NCBI GenBank assembly: GCA_037139695.1
Contig: JBAXFX010000001.1
Coordinates: forward strand, 1 to 54,449
Direction of reading: 5' to 3'
DNA length: 54,449 bases
Origin: Candidatus Moraniibacteriota bacterium
GTDB taxonomy: Bacteria; Patescibacteriota; Minisyncoccia; Moranbacterales; UBA1568
The translations under genes and the position numbers were made by a program. Positions 9,243 to 19,900 of the stretch are shown one piece after another; the first letter of the stretch is position 1; every line of letters starts with the position of its first letter. A model generated the notes under the pieces. The model made no database searches and was not told the origin of the DNA. It saw nothing but the letters and a program-made list of their open reading frames with translations.

Positions 9243-10307
9243 TCAGAGTCCATTCTTTCCCTTGTTCACCACATGCTGATCGAAAGTCTCGGAAAAGACC
9301 GTCGCTCCGGTCGAGGGATTGTTCAGGAAGTACAGGTACGTGTTCGGCGTCGGGTTGAGGACGGCTTGGATCGAGGAGAGTCCCGGATTCGAAATCGGTC
9401 CCGGTGGCAACCCCTTGTTCACATACGTATTGTAAGGCGAAGCCACGGAAATATCGGCAAGGGAGTGCTTCACCTTGTTCACGCCAAGAATATACTGGAC
9501 AGTCGCATCGCTCTGAAGTGGCATCCCGACATCCATACGCCGACGGAAAATATCCGCGACGATCTTCCGATCCGCATCCGTCCGCACTTCCATCTCGACG
9601 ATACTCGCCAAGACGAGCGTATCGTACCGTTCCTTCCAAGATACGCCGACCAGGAGCGGTGTTGCCTTCGTGCCGAAACTATCGAGCATTTTTTCCAGGA
9701 TTGCGTCGCTTCCAAGCTTCGGATCGAAAAAGTACGTGTCGGGAAAGAGGAACCCCTCGAGCGTCGCACCGGCAGGGATATCGGCCAAGAAGGGGTACCG
9801 GCTCCGGAGCGCCGAATCCGGGCGCATGACTGCGGACAAAAATGCCGTTCCAGGCAATCCTGCCGCCGTAAGCCGGTCGGCCATATCGGCCGCGGTTATT
9901 CCCTCGGGAAACGTCACTTTGGTACCGGTTTCGAGAGTCTCGCCGTGGACAATTTTCGAGACGATATCCGGTATCGACATAGTCCCGCTCACGGCATAAT
10001 TCCCGGCCTGAAGTTTCGTCCGCAGGTGTTCCCGGAACAGATAGTAGAGGAACGGGAGCTCGGAACCGATAATCCCCTCCTTTCGAAGGTCCGCCGCGAA
10101 TGAAAGAGTGCCCTCACTTTCCCCAAGAGACACGGTAATCGTTTCCTGTCGGGTCCCGCGCGACGTTTTGACTCCGTTTTCCAATGCGAAATATCCCACC
10201 ACGAGCATGATGGCGAGGCCAAAAATAAAAAACGCGACCATTCGCATCAACACCGAAACTATCGGGCGCCCGAAGCGCCCTACCCGGCCTGACTCCTGTT
10301 GTTCCAT
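9243..10307 (-). CDS. mltG: Endolytic murein transglycosylase MltG (YceG family)
   Basis: N-terminal TM segment. YceG motifs 'VTFPEGIT', 'LVLASIVEMEV', 'LQSDATVQY' and 'SPYNTYVNKGLPPGPISNPG'. Confidence 0.9.
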   Translation of the reverse strand: MEQQESGRVGRFGRPIVSVLMRMVAFFIFGLAIMLVVGYFALENGVKTSRGTRQETITVSLGESEGTLSFAADLRKEGIIGSELPFLYYLFREHLRTKLQAGNYAVSGTMSIPDIVSKIVHGETLETGTKVTFPEGITAADMADRLTAAGLPGTAFLSAVMRPDSALRSRYPFLADIPAGATLEGFLFPDTYFFDPKLGSDAILEKMLDSFGTKATPLLVGVSWKERYDTLVLASIVEMEVRTDADRKIVADIFRRRMDVGMPLQSDATVQYILGVNKVKHSLADISVASPYNTYVNKGLPPGPISNPGLSSIQAVLNPTPNTYLYFLNNPSTGATVFSETFDQHVVNKGKNGL

Positions 10308-10337
10308 AGTTATGAAGGATAACTCGCGGTATCTATC

Positions 10338-10967
10338 TCAGATGGACGGGGAATTCTCGATGAGTGGCACGAAAATGAATCCCGGGAACCGCTCGATATA
10401 AAAATCATCCTCCCCGCGCTTCTCGATATACGCGAGCGAATTATAGATCGGGATGACCATTTTGCCCCCGACAGCCAGCTGTCTCTTGTATACCTCCGGA
10501 ATTTCCTCGGCCGACGCGGAAACGAGGATCCGGTCATACGGCGCCCCGTTGGCATACCCCTGACTTCCGTCACCAAGCACGCACTTCACCCGCCCCAGAC
10601 TGACGAACCCGAATTTTTCGATATTCCTTTTCCCGAAGTCGTGCAACTCGGGAATGCGCTCGATTGCGACGACCGACCCGCTCTCCCCGACCGTCGACGC
10701 GATAAGGGCCGACGACCAACCGGAGCCACTCCCCACGTCGAGTACCTTCTGCCCGGCCTTGAGGTCGAGCAGTTCCAACATGACCGCCACCGTCAGAGGC
10801 TGGGATATCGTCTGTCCGTACCCGATCGGCAACGGAATATTCGTTTCCGACTCGGACGAGAACTCCTCGGGAATGAATTCCTCCCGACGGATATTATTGA
10901 ACGCCTCGATCAACGGATCGGACTTGAGGTACCCCTGCATGATCAGCATGTTGATGAGACGGCTCAT
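10338..10967 (-). CDS. pcm: Protein-L-isoaspartate O-methyltransferase
   Basis: 'GYGQTISQPLTVAVMLELLDLKAGQKVLDVGSGSGWSSALIA' is the classic PCMT signature with the SAM motif. Confidence 0.9.
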   Translation of the reverse strand: MSRLINMLIMQGYLKSDPLIEAFNNIRREEFIPEEFSSESETNIPLPIGYGQTISQPLTVAVMLELLDLKAGQKVLDVGSGSGWSSALIASTVGESGSVVAIERIPELHDFGKRNIEKFGFVSLGRVKCVLGDGSQGYANGAPYDRILVSASAEEIPEVYKRQLAVGGKMVIPIYNSLAYIEKRGEDDFYIERFPGFIFVPLIENSPSI

Positions 10968-11027
10968 AGAAGTGCAAAAATAAGAACGAAAATCGGAAAA
11001 TGAAGACTCCGAAAAAAGCTGACGGCA

Positions 11028-11468
11028 TCACTCACCGATGACCTGGATGATCAGGTCTCGCCTGCGCGACCCGTCGAACTCCACCGCGAAGACCGTCTGC
11101 CGGTCGGTCAAGAGCAGGTGCCCACGCTCCACGGGAATTGTCTCGCTCGATCCGAGCATAAGCGCCTTACAATGGGAATGTCCGTTCGACCGTCCATCCG
11201 ATTTGGTACCACGACTCAGCTCGAACAGATCATGCGTATACCGATCGTCGATCGGCGCAACCCGATACAGCACGCGCATAAAATCCTGCAGGAGAAGCGG
11301 CTCGTTGTGGTTGATTATCACGCTCACGGTCGTATGTGGCGAAAAGACCGTCACCTGTCCCTCACGTATGCCGGATTTCTCCACCACCTCGGCGACCCGG
11401 TCCGTGATGTTCACGAACTCGATCTGTGTCTTCGTCTCGAACTCGATCCGCTCCCGGAATATCTTCAT
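11028..11468 (-). CDS. YjbQ/UPF0047 family protein (secondary thiamine-phosphate synthase enzyme)
   Basis: 146 aa. 'VFSPHTTVSVIINHNEP' and 'GHSHCKALMLGSSETIPVERGHLLL' are typical of the family. Confidence 0.8.
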   Translation of the reverse strand: MKIFRERIEFETKTQIEFVNITDRVAEVVEKSGIREGQVTVFSPHTTVSVIINHNEPLLLQDFMRVLYRVAPIDDRYTHDLFELSRGTKSDGRSNGHSHCKALMLGSSETIPVERGHLLLTDRQTVFAVEFDGSRRRDLIIQVIGE

Positions 11469-11513
11469 ATATTTTCGTGTTATATGTTTATCTGAAAAAA
11501 CGTAAGCCGGCCG

Positions 11514-11825
11514 TTATACGCTCGCGAGCGCTTCCTTTAGTTTGTCCTTGGTCTGGATACCGGCGATCTCCTTCACGACCTTTCCGCCCTTGAAAATCTT
11601 GATGGTCGGCACCGACATGACATCGTATGCCTCGGCCGTATCGGGATACGCGTCCACGTCAAGCTTACCGACCTTCGCGCCCGTCACCTCGGTCGCGAGC
11701 GCATCGATAACCGTTCCAAGCATCTGGCACGGCCCACACCACGGCGCGAAGAAATCGACGAGCACCGGCACGTCGCTTCCCAGGACTTCCTTCTCGAAAT
11801 TCTTGTCGGTAAGATTCAGTTCCAT
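11514..11825 (-). CDS. trxA: Thioredoxin
   Basis: 103 aa with the 'FFAPWCGPCQMLG' active site and 'VPTIKIFKGGK'. Confidence 0.95.
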   Translation of the reverse strand: MELNLTDKNFEKEVLGSDVPVLVDFFAPWCGPCQMLGTVIDALATEVTGAKVGKLDVDAYPDTAEAYDVMSVPTIKIFKGGKVVKEIAGIQTKDKLKEALASV

Positions 11826-11967
11826 AGCGATGCTCGGACCGGCGACACCCGTAGCGAGCGGAGGGTGACGGTCATCACCTGATTACGCCTCCATTATATC
11901 GTCATGGTCGGGAAAGGTCAAAATGGATCGGAAACCCGGTAACGGATGGATGAAAACCGAAACGATC

Positions 11968-12008
11968 CGGAAGGAACAAAGGACGGTTGACGCTTGGTCG
12001 ACCGTCCT
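11968..12008 (-). terminator. Rho-independent terminator downstream of lepA
   Basis: 12-bp stem aggacggttgac/gtcgaccgtcct (11980..12008, one G-U) with a 5-nt loop, followed on the minus strand by 'tttgttcctt'. Confidence 0.65.
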
Positions 12009-12038
12009 GAGCCTGGTTCGGAGGCCGTATGGCACCTC

Positions 12039-13991
<1,953 letters not shown>

Positions 13992-14103
13992 GTCAGAAGA
14001 ATCAAAAAATGAAGAACCTTTAGAATAGAGAAAAAAGCAAAAAGAGGCAAACTCACACCAGACCCAATCTTCTCATATGGTCGAGCCCTCGATACCACGT
14101 CAA

Positions 14104-15267
14104 TTATCTATTTCCCTTCGCGCGATTGTGCGTCTTACAAAGCATCTGACAATTCTTTTCCGAAGTCGCGCCGCCCTTGCTCCACGCCGCCACATGATCA
14201 GCATCCATTTCATCCGCCTTCCACATTTTTTCCTTGTTCGCATCATGTCCCATCGCGCACAGCGGACAGTTCGAAACCCCTTTCTTTTCCGCAACGGCGG
14301 TCTGTTTCGCATAGACGGACTTCTTGGTCGCTTCGTCGAAAATCCTGACCTCAAGCAATTTCGTGTCAGTGGAACCACCGAGTACATATTCGAAGACTCC
14401 CTTGCGATTCTTGATATACGGGTCACCGTAGAGCGCGCGCACCTCGTCCGACACTTTCGCGGGGTCGTAGGCATCCTTGTGATACGTCTCGTACAGCCGC
14501 CCCCATTGCAGTCCGCGCATCTCGCTCTCCACATCCGTAAACACGCCCGACACCCAGTCGATCACGGTATTGAAATACGTCTTTACCTCTGCGATGGTCG
14601 TGTCGAATCGATGTCTGCTCATATACTCACCGATTTCTCCGCGGCTCACCCACTCGAGCGCCCGTTCCCAGAAGTCCTGACGATTGGCACTCCCTGATAC
14701 ATATGCGCTCCATTTCTGGATATTGGCGTTTCCGCTATTACTGAATTCTTCCTTGCCGAGCGTGATAAAAGGACCGGAATAAACGGCGTTCAACAATTCC
14801 TGCGTGTTCAGAGGCACGCCCGCAATATTGATCGTCTTGAACCATTCCTTGATTTCGCTCTCTTCCCCTTCACACTCATAGATGAGCAGCTTCGTTTCCA
14901 TAATCAAAGCCCTCTTATCAGCAGCCATACCGGTAAAGTTCTGCGGCAACCCGTTTTCGTCTTTGAAGGCGAATTTATCGTTAACGAATCGTCCGACACT
15001 GGTGATGCGCTGCTGTCCGTCCAATACCTCGTATATCCCTTCACTCACGGTATTGAAATAGATGAGTCCGAGCGGATACCCCTTCAAAATCGACTCGATA
15101 ACCGCGACATCCCGCTTGCCGTCGGCATAGATATAATTTCGCTGATACTCCGGCTGAATAGTAAGCTTGCCGGCCAAACCGAACAGTCCCTTACCCTCAA
15201 GCTCGTTATACACGAACCCGTCGCAGATATCTTTCACGGTGATGTCGGTCCTCAGTGTCGTTTTCAT
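14104..15267 (-). CDS. DUF262 (ParB-like NTPase/nuclease) domain protein with C-terminal HNH nuclease; GmrSD-like type IV restriction candidate
   Basis: 387 aa. DUF262 hallmarks '[11 protein letters not shown]' and 'LDGQQRITS'. C-terminal HNH '[32 protein letters not shown]'. Confidence 0.85.
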   Translation of the reverse strand: MKTTLRTDITVKDICDGFVYNELEGKGLFGLAGKLTIQPEYQRNYIYADGKRDVAVIESILKGYPLGLIYFNTVSEGIYEVLDGQQRITSVGRFVNDKFAFKDENGLPQNFTGMAADKRALIMETKLLIYECEGEESEIKEWFKTINIAGVPLNTQELLNAVYSGPFITLGKEEFSNSGNANIQKWSAYVSGSANRQDFWERALEWVSRGEIGEYMSRHRFDTTIAEVKTYFNTVIDWVSGVFTDVESEMRGLQWGRLYETYHKDAYDPAKVSDEVRALYGDPYIKNRKGVFEYVLGGSTDTKLLEVRIFDEATKKSVYAKQTAVAEKKGVSNCPLCAMGHDANKEKMWKADEMDADHVAAWSKGGATSEKNCQMLCKTHNRAKGNR

Positions 15268-15279
15268 ACGATATGATCA

Positions 15280-16329
15280 TCAATTATTCGTACCGCCCTT
15301 CCGTTCCTTTTTTACTTTTTTCTCCAACATCGTGATACGTTCCAGATATTCCTTCTCGACCGGAGAAAGGGTCTTGGCCTGATATTTCCGGTATTCCATT
15401 TCGGCTTTTTCCATCGCTTTTTCGTGTGTCACCGTTCCGGCACCGGAGAGGACGCCTTCTCCATACTCGGAAAGCAGTTTGTCCAGTGCCGCGATATGCT
15501 CCGTCATACGCATCGCTTGCCGATTCATGGCGCGCAATTCGGCCAATTCGAAATATGCCGAAACGAACCTGTTCAGTTTCTCCAATTCCTCGGCAGACAG
15601 ATAATTCTTGGCAATCCTGACTTCTTCCAATACGGGCAAATCCCCCGCGAAAGCCGTCAAACCCATGAATTCCTTGCCACTGTCGGCGCGATTGAAAATG
15701 ACTTCCGCCGCCGTCTGTTTATGCGCGCCATAATGCAGTTTGTTCTGTACGATTTTGAAAAACTCTATCGAGTGCAGGGATTTCGGATCATAATCGACGC
15801 TGGTGGCATACAGGTCCAGAACCTGCCGATACAGCATCTTTTCGCTGGACCGTATGTCTCGGATGCGGGACAGCAGCTTTTCCCAATACCGACCGCCACC
15901 GTTGTTTTTCAAGAATTCATCATTCATCGAGAACCCCTGAACGAGATATTCCTTCAATCGTTCGGTCGCCCACACGCGAAATTGCGTGCCTCGCAATGAA
16001 TTCACGCGATAGCCGACGGAAATGATGGCGTCGAGGTTATAGAGCTTCGTCGGTCGATTTATCTCTCTTTCACCCTCTTTTTGAACTACCGAGGATTTCT
16101 CGGATGTTCGATTCTCTTGTAATTCTCCCTCCGAATATATATTTTTCAAATGCAATCCGACATTATCCGCCGAGCAACCGAAAAGCTCCGCCATCTGCTT
16201 TTGCGAAAGCCACACGGTCTCGCCTTCGACACGCACCTCGATGCCAGGGGCACCGTCCGCACCCGTATAGATGATCACTTTGCCGTGATCATCCACGTCC
16301 GATGTTTTTTTCCTATTTTGCGTATTCAT
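15280..16329 (-). CDS. RhuM family virulence/defence-island protein
   Basis: 349 aa. 'VWLSQKQMAELF', 'YNLDAIISVGYRVNSLRGTQFRVWATERLKEYLVQGFSMNDEFLKN' and 'YRQVLDLYATSVDY' match my recollection of the RhuM (PF13310) family. Confidence 0.8.
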   Translation of the reverse strand: MNTQNRKKTSDVDDHGKVIIYTGADGAPGIEVRVEGETVWLSQKQMAELFGCSADNVGLHLKNIYSEGELQENRTSEKSSVVQKEGEREINRPTKLYNLDAIISVGYRVNSLRGTQFRVWATERLKEYLVQGFSMNDEFLKNNGGGRYWEKLLSRIRDIRSSEKMLYRQVLDLYATSVDYDPKSLHSIEFFKIVQNKLHYGAHKQTAAEVIFNRADSGKEFMGLTAFAGDLPVLEEVRIAKNYLSAEELEKLNRFVSAYFELAELRAMNRQAMRMTEHIAALDKLLSEYGEGVLSGAGTVTHEKAMEKAEMEYRKYQAKTLSPVEKEYLERITMLEKKVKKERKGGTNN

Positions 16330-16393
16330 AACCGTTCATCAAAATGACAACAAACCCAGCGCGTCTCGAAAATAGCGAGGGAAGCGTCGGGGT

Positions 16394-17245
16394 TCATGAT
16401 GCAATCAAATCAAAGTTCATATTTTTAAGTTTAGAATCAAAGAATAAAATCTCTTCGCCTTTTTTTGTTCGAAAAGCCGTGTGAGTCAAATTGAATTCAT
16501 AGCTATTTTTAACAAATGCGTAAATGTTTTTTATTTCTGCCGCGTTGTCATAAGAAACTATCCAATGAATTTTTTTTATTTTTTTAATTTCTTGGGACAC
16601 CTTTTTATGATCATCGTTGTTATAAGAATTTTTATAAAGCCGTGGACCTTTTAAGTAATAAGGAGGATCAAAATAGAAAATGGTATTTGCATTATTTGAT
16701 TCTTCTTTTATTTTCTTGATTAATTCCAAAGCGTCCTCATTGAACAGTCTTATATTTTTCCTATGTTTCGCGATGAGCCGTATTCTTTTAATAAGCTCTT
16801 CTTTATTGAAACGGCAATCCATTTTATAATTTCCGCTCTGCTCAAGTCCACCGATAACTCCAGCGTCCATGATGCCCGAACGGTTTGTCCTGTTCAGAAA
16901 TAAAGTCGAGAACCCCAGTTCCAAGATATCGGCGTCATTTTTCCTTTTCTGAATTTCCCTCATTTTCAACCAATTTTCGATATTTACATCCGTTTTTTCT
17001 ATCAAATCACATATTTTATTTGTTCGATTCAAAACAGAGTACCAAAAGGCATAAATGGAACGATCGTAATCATTTATCGTGATTCTATCTACTTTGTCTT
17101 CCAGCAATAAATACAAAGCCACTGAAGCCCCCCCGGCATACGGCTCTACATAATGCCCACGGATATTGTTATCAACGCAAATCTGGGCAATGAACTTTGC
17201 CAGTCTATTTTTTCCGCCAGGATATCTCAGTGGCGAGTAAAACAT
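16394..17245 (-). CDS. Dam-like (D12 class) N6-adenine DNA methyltransferase
   Basis: 283 aa. 'LRYPGGKNRLAKFI', SAM motif 'YVEPYAGGASVAL' and catalytic 'FYFDPPYY'. Strongly AT-rich coding sequence (about 32% GC in one hand-counted line from this patch). Confidence 0.85.
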   Translation of the reverse strand: MFYSPLRYPGGKNRLAKFIAQICVDNNIRGHYVEPYAGGASVALYLLLEDKVDRITINDYDRSIYAFWYSVLNRTNKICDLIEKTDVNIENWLKMREIQKRKNDADILELGFSTLFLNRTNRSGIMDAGVIGGLEQSGNYKMDCRFNKEELIKRIRLIAKHRKNIRLFNEDALELIKKIKEESNNANTIFYFDPPYYLKGPRLYKNSYNNDDHKKVSQEIKKIKKIHWIVSYDNAAEIKNIYAFVKNSYEFNLTHTAFRTKKGEEILFFDSKLKNMNFDLIAS

Positions 17246-17247
17246 AT

Positions 17248-18540
17248 TTATTTTTTCTGGGCTTTAAAATAAGTCTCAAGAATATCTCCTGTGACATATG
17301 ACATATTCATAACATCATTCTTAGAGACTATAACATTCCCATGTGCAAAATTTCCTAACAATGCGTCGAGGTTAAAATTTTTGTTTAAATAATCTGATGT
17401 TATACTTAAGTATCCATCAGTGTTTTTCTCAGCGTATTCTCGTTGGAACAACTTAATTAAATCTTTATATGGATTTTCTTGTTTGGCATTTGTAATATCC
17501 CCCTGCTTATTGTAATAGACCCTCGCCGCAACATCTAAAATTAGACGTAGAGACATCCCTACAATCAATAGAATCTTATCATCATCTCGTCCCTTTTTGT
17601 GGATTTTATCAATAGCAAGATACAAATCATTTACAGGACCCTTCTCAAGTTCAAGAATTCTCCCAAAAAGAATCTCGCTTCTTTTTGTTGCTGGTGTTTT
17701 TTGAAGTTTAATAAATTTATCCGTTCGCTCCTTACCGATCGAAATCTCTTCAAGATTTCCTTTTTTTGGATTTTTGAATATCTCACGAATTTGCTCGTCA
17801 TTATCAATTATTGATTTCAATTTTCCTCGGTTCTTTCGAGTAGATATTTCCTTCTTTTTTAAAGCATTCTGTGTTGCTTCAAAAATTTTCACAAGTTGTT
17901 CAGCGGAGTATTTGCTATACAGTTTACCTGATTTAAAATCAATTCCTATATCTTTGAGGTTTTTTTCATTCAAAACCTCGTCCTTTACAAATCTTTTATT
18001 TAAGATTTTATTTCCTTTTATAAATCCTGTCTGTTCATTAATCGCCACAAAAATAGATTTCGCTTCTTTTTTGAAATTCAACAAAAAATAATCTCTCTCA
18101 AGTTCTCCCCACGACCCATTATCGACATGTTTTCTTTCAATACTGGTAATAGCAGTATTTTCATCGCAAACATTACATGGAAGAGTGGTTTGATTCCTTA
18201 AAAATTCTGGTTCATATTCCCGAAACAACTTTCCGACGTACTTAGAATACTTGTCATCGTTCTGTATAACTTTCAGTAAAGCAACCCTCCTGTTGCCATC
18301 ATAAACCACGTACTTTCCATCCTTTTTAACAACTATTGGCAACTCTGAATAATCATAATACTCGCCCATTTTTTTCACCAGCCTTTGTATATTCCATTTG
18401 TTATCTGTATCTTGTATAATGCGATCGATTATCTCTTCATCCGTTTTTTCGGCGTCAATAGGATCTCTCGGATTCTCTGTCCAGAGATATAAATCTTTTA
18501 TAGGAATGCGTAAAATCTTTTGCATCATAACTCTAAGCAT
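17248..18540 (-). CDS. ParB/Srx-fold N-terminal domain protein with an uncharacterised C-terminal region of about 330 aa
   Basis: 430 aa. 'LRIPIKDLYLWTENPRDP' followed about 58 aa later by 'VVYDGNRRVALLKV', the ParB-type NPR...G-x-R-R arrangement. The start overlaps the stop of the upstream MTase by 1 nt (TAATG), and its stop is 2 nt from the Dam-like ATG. AT-rich. Confidence 0.6.
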   Translation of the reverse strand: MLRVMMQKILRIPIKDLYLWTENPRDPIDAEKTDEEIIDRIIQDTDNKWNIQRLVKKMGEYYDYSELPIVVKKDGKYVVYDGNRRVALLKVIQNDDKYSKYVGKLFREYEPEFLRNQTTLPCNVCDENTAITSIERKHVDNGSWGELERDYFLLNFKKEAKSIFVAINEQTGFIKGNKILNKRFVKDEVLNEKNLKDIGIDFKSGKLYSKYSAEQLVKIFEATQNALKKKEISTRKNRGKLKSIIDNDEQIREIFKNPKKGNLEEISIGKERTDKFIKLQKTPATKRSEILFGRILELEKGPVNDLYLAIDKIHKKGRDDDKILLIVGMSLRLILDVAARVYYNKQGDITNAKQENPYKDLIKLFQREYAEKNTDGYLSITSDYLNKNFNLDALLGNFAHGNVIVSKNDVMNMSYVTGDILETYFKAQKK

Positions 18541-19682
18541 TATCTCTTATGCCGAATAAAGATCCGCTTGAACGTCTCACTTCCATTTAGATAAGAGCCA
18601 CGCCCATAAACACCTTTTTGATCCTGATCAACACCTCGATTCGAGCCGATAATCTCGAACTGTTCTGGAGAATACTTATCAAGGAAGCTGATCGGGACTC
18701 CCATGACACCAGGGTAGTCACTTGGGATGGAGTCCGTAAACGAAACTTCAATGGCATCATAATTATCGTATGTGTCATATGTTGCTTTTCCCTTGATTTC
18801 TTTGTGCCTGCTATATTTCAAATTCTCTTCCATGGTCATGAGTGGCAACGGCTGATGGCGCCTTCCGTGGTCGAGTCGAGTGAACCAGCATGAGTTTCCG
18901 AGTCTCGTGTAGTCACCAACATACCCCAATCGGGCCGCTTTCTGCCTATCGCTCTCCGCGATTTCTGCACCATTCGGCACGGCGAAAACCATATCACTCC
19001 CATTCCCCGTCGCACCAAGCCACAGCTTGTTTTCCTTGATTTTTGGAAACACTTCCTTGTAGGTGATCGCGTTCATGTTGCCGATAATCACGAACTTCTT
19101 ATCGTACTCAAACAATTGCTTCACGTATTCACGGAAGAGCGAAAATGGCGGGTTCGTCACCACGATATCGGCTTGTTTCAATAATTCCACGCACTCCGGG
19201 CTCCTGAAATCGCCGTCTTCCTCGAGCGGTGCCCATTCATTATGCTTGTTCGCCTTCAACTGTTCGGCAATGTCTTTCAAATTATATTCACCATCGCCGT
19301 CGAAATCGCGCGCTTCGTTGATGATAAATCTGTTGGCGGTTATTTTCGGTCTCCCTTTTGGTTCTGCTGGTTTACTCAAAACTTTCTCTTCATACCCTTG
19401 GAAAAGGGACGCCTGTAATGCCAGTTCCGTACCGGCAATCGGCGACGGCTTAAAACTCGTCGTAATGAGCCGCTTCAATCCAAGCTTGTTGAAATTGATC
19501 ACGAAAAAACGGAAGAAATTGCTTTCGTAGGGATCGTCACAGTTGGAATACACCGTCTTGCCCCGAAACGCGTCGGGGTCGAAATCCAAATACGCCCCGA
19601 TTTCCTTTTGGATATCGTTGAATTGCGTATAAAACTCATCGTTTTTCGCCCGTTTCGCATTCGTGAGATTGCTGTTCGCCAT
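18540..19682 (-). CDS. EcoRI-family N6-adenine DNA methyltransferase
   Basis: 380 aa. The N-terminus 'NAKRAKNDEFYTQFNDIQKEI...KTVYSNCDDPYESNFFRFFVINFNKLGLKRL' closely resembles M.EcoRI as I recall it. Catalytic 'IVVTNPPFSLFREY'. Confidence 0.85.
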   Translation of the reverse strand: MANSNLTNAKRAKNDEFYTQFNDIQKEIGAYLDFDPDAFRGKTVYSNCDDPYESNFFRFFVINFNKLGLKRLITTSFKPSPIAGTELALQASLFQGYEEKVLSKPAEPKGRPKITANRFIINEARDFDGDGEYNLKDIAEQLKANKHNEWAPLEEDGDFRSPECVELLKQADIVVTNPPFSLFREYVKQLFEYDKKFVIIGNMNAITYKEVFPKIKENKLWLGATGNGSDMVFAVPNGAEIAESDRQKAARLGYVGDYTRLGNSCWFTRLDHGRRHQPLPLMTMEENLKYSRHKEIKGKATYDTYDNYDAIEVSFTDSIPSDYPGVMGVPISFLDKYSPEQFEIIGSNRGVDQDQKGVYGRGSYLNGSETFKRIFIRHKR

Positions 19683-19861
19683 AGCCGCCTTCAGGGTACC
19701 GGATCAGAATATATACGACAAACGTTTTTCCGCCTCGTCTCCATATTCAAACAATATCCTGTTTAAGCCAAAAAGACAAGAACCCTCCCAAAAATAAAAT
19801 GACTCTTTGTTGTATTTTGACCCCATAAAATTTCGAGTACGAAATCACGAGGCATGCTTTT

Positions 19862-19900
19862 AATTGTTCACTTCTCCGCTCCCTGACTTTCGACTTCCGA
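19862..19900. repeat. Short degenerate heptamer-periodic tract immediately 3' of murJ
   Basis: 'ttcactt|ctccgct|ccctgac|tttcgac|ttccgat' has 7-nt periodicity, in the same style as the tracts at 36451, 38793 and 39793. Confidence 0.35.
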
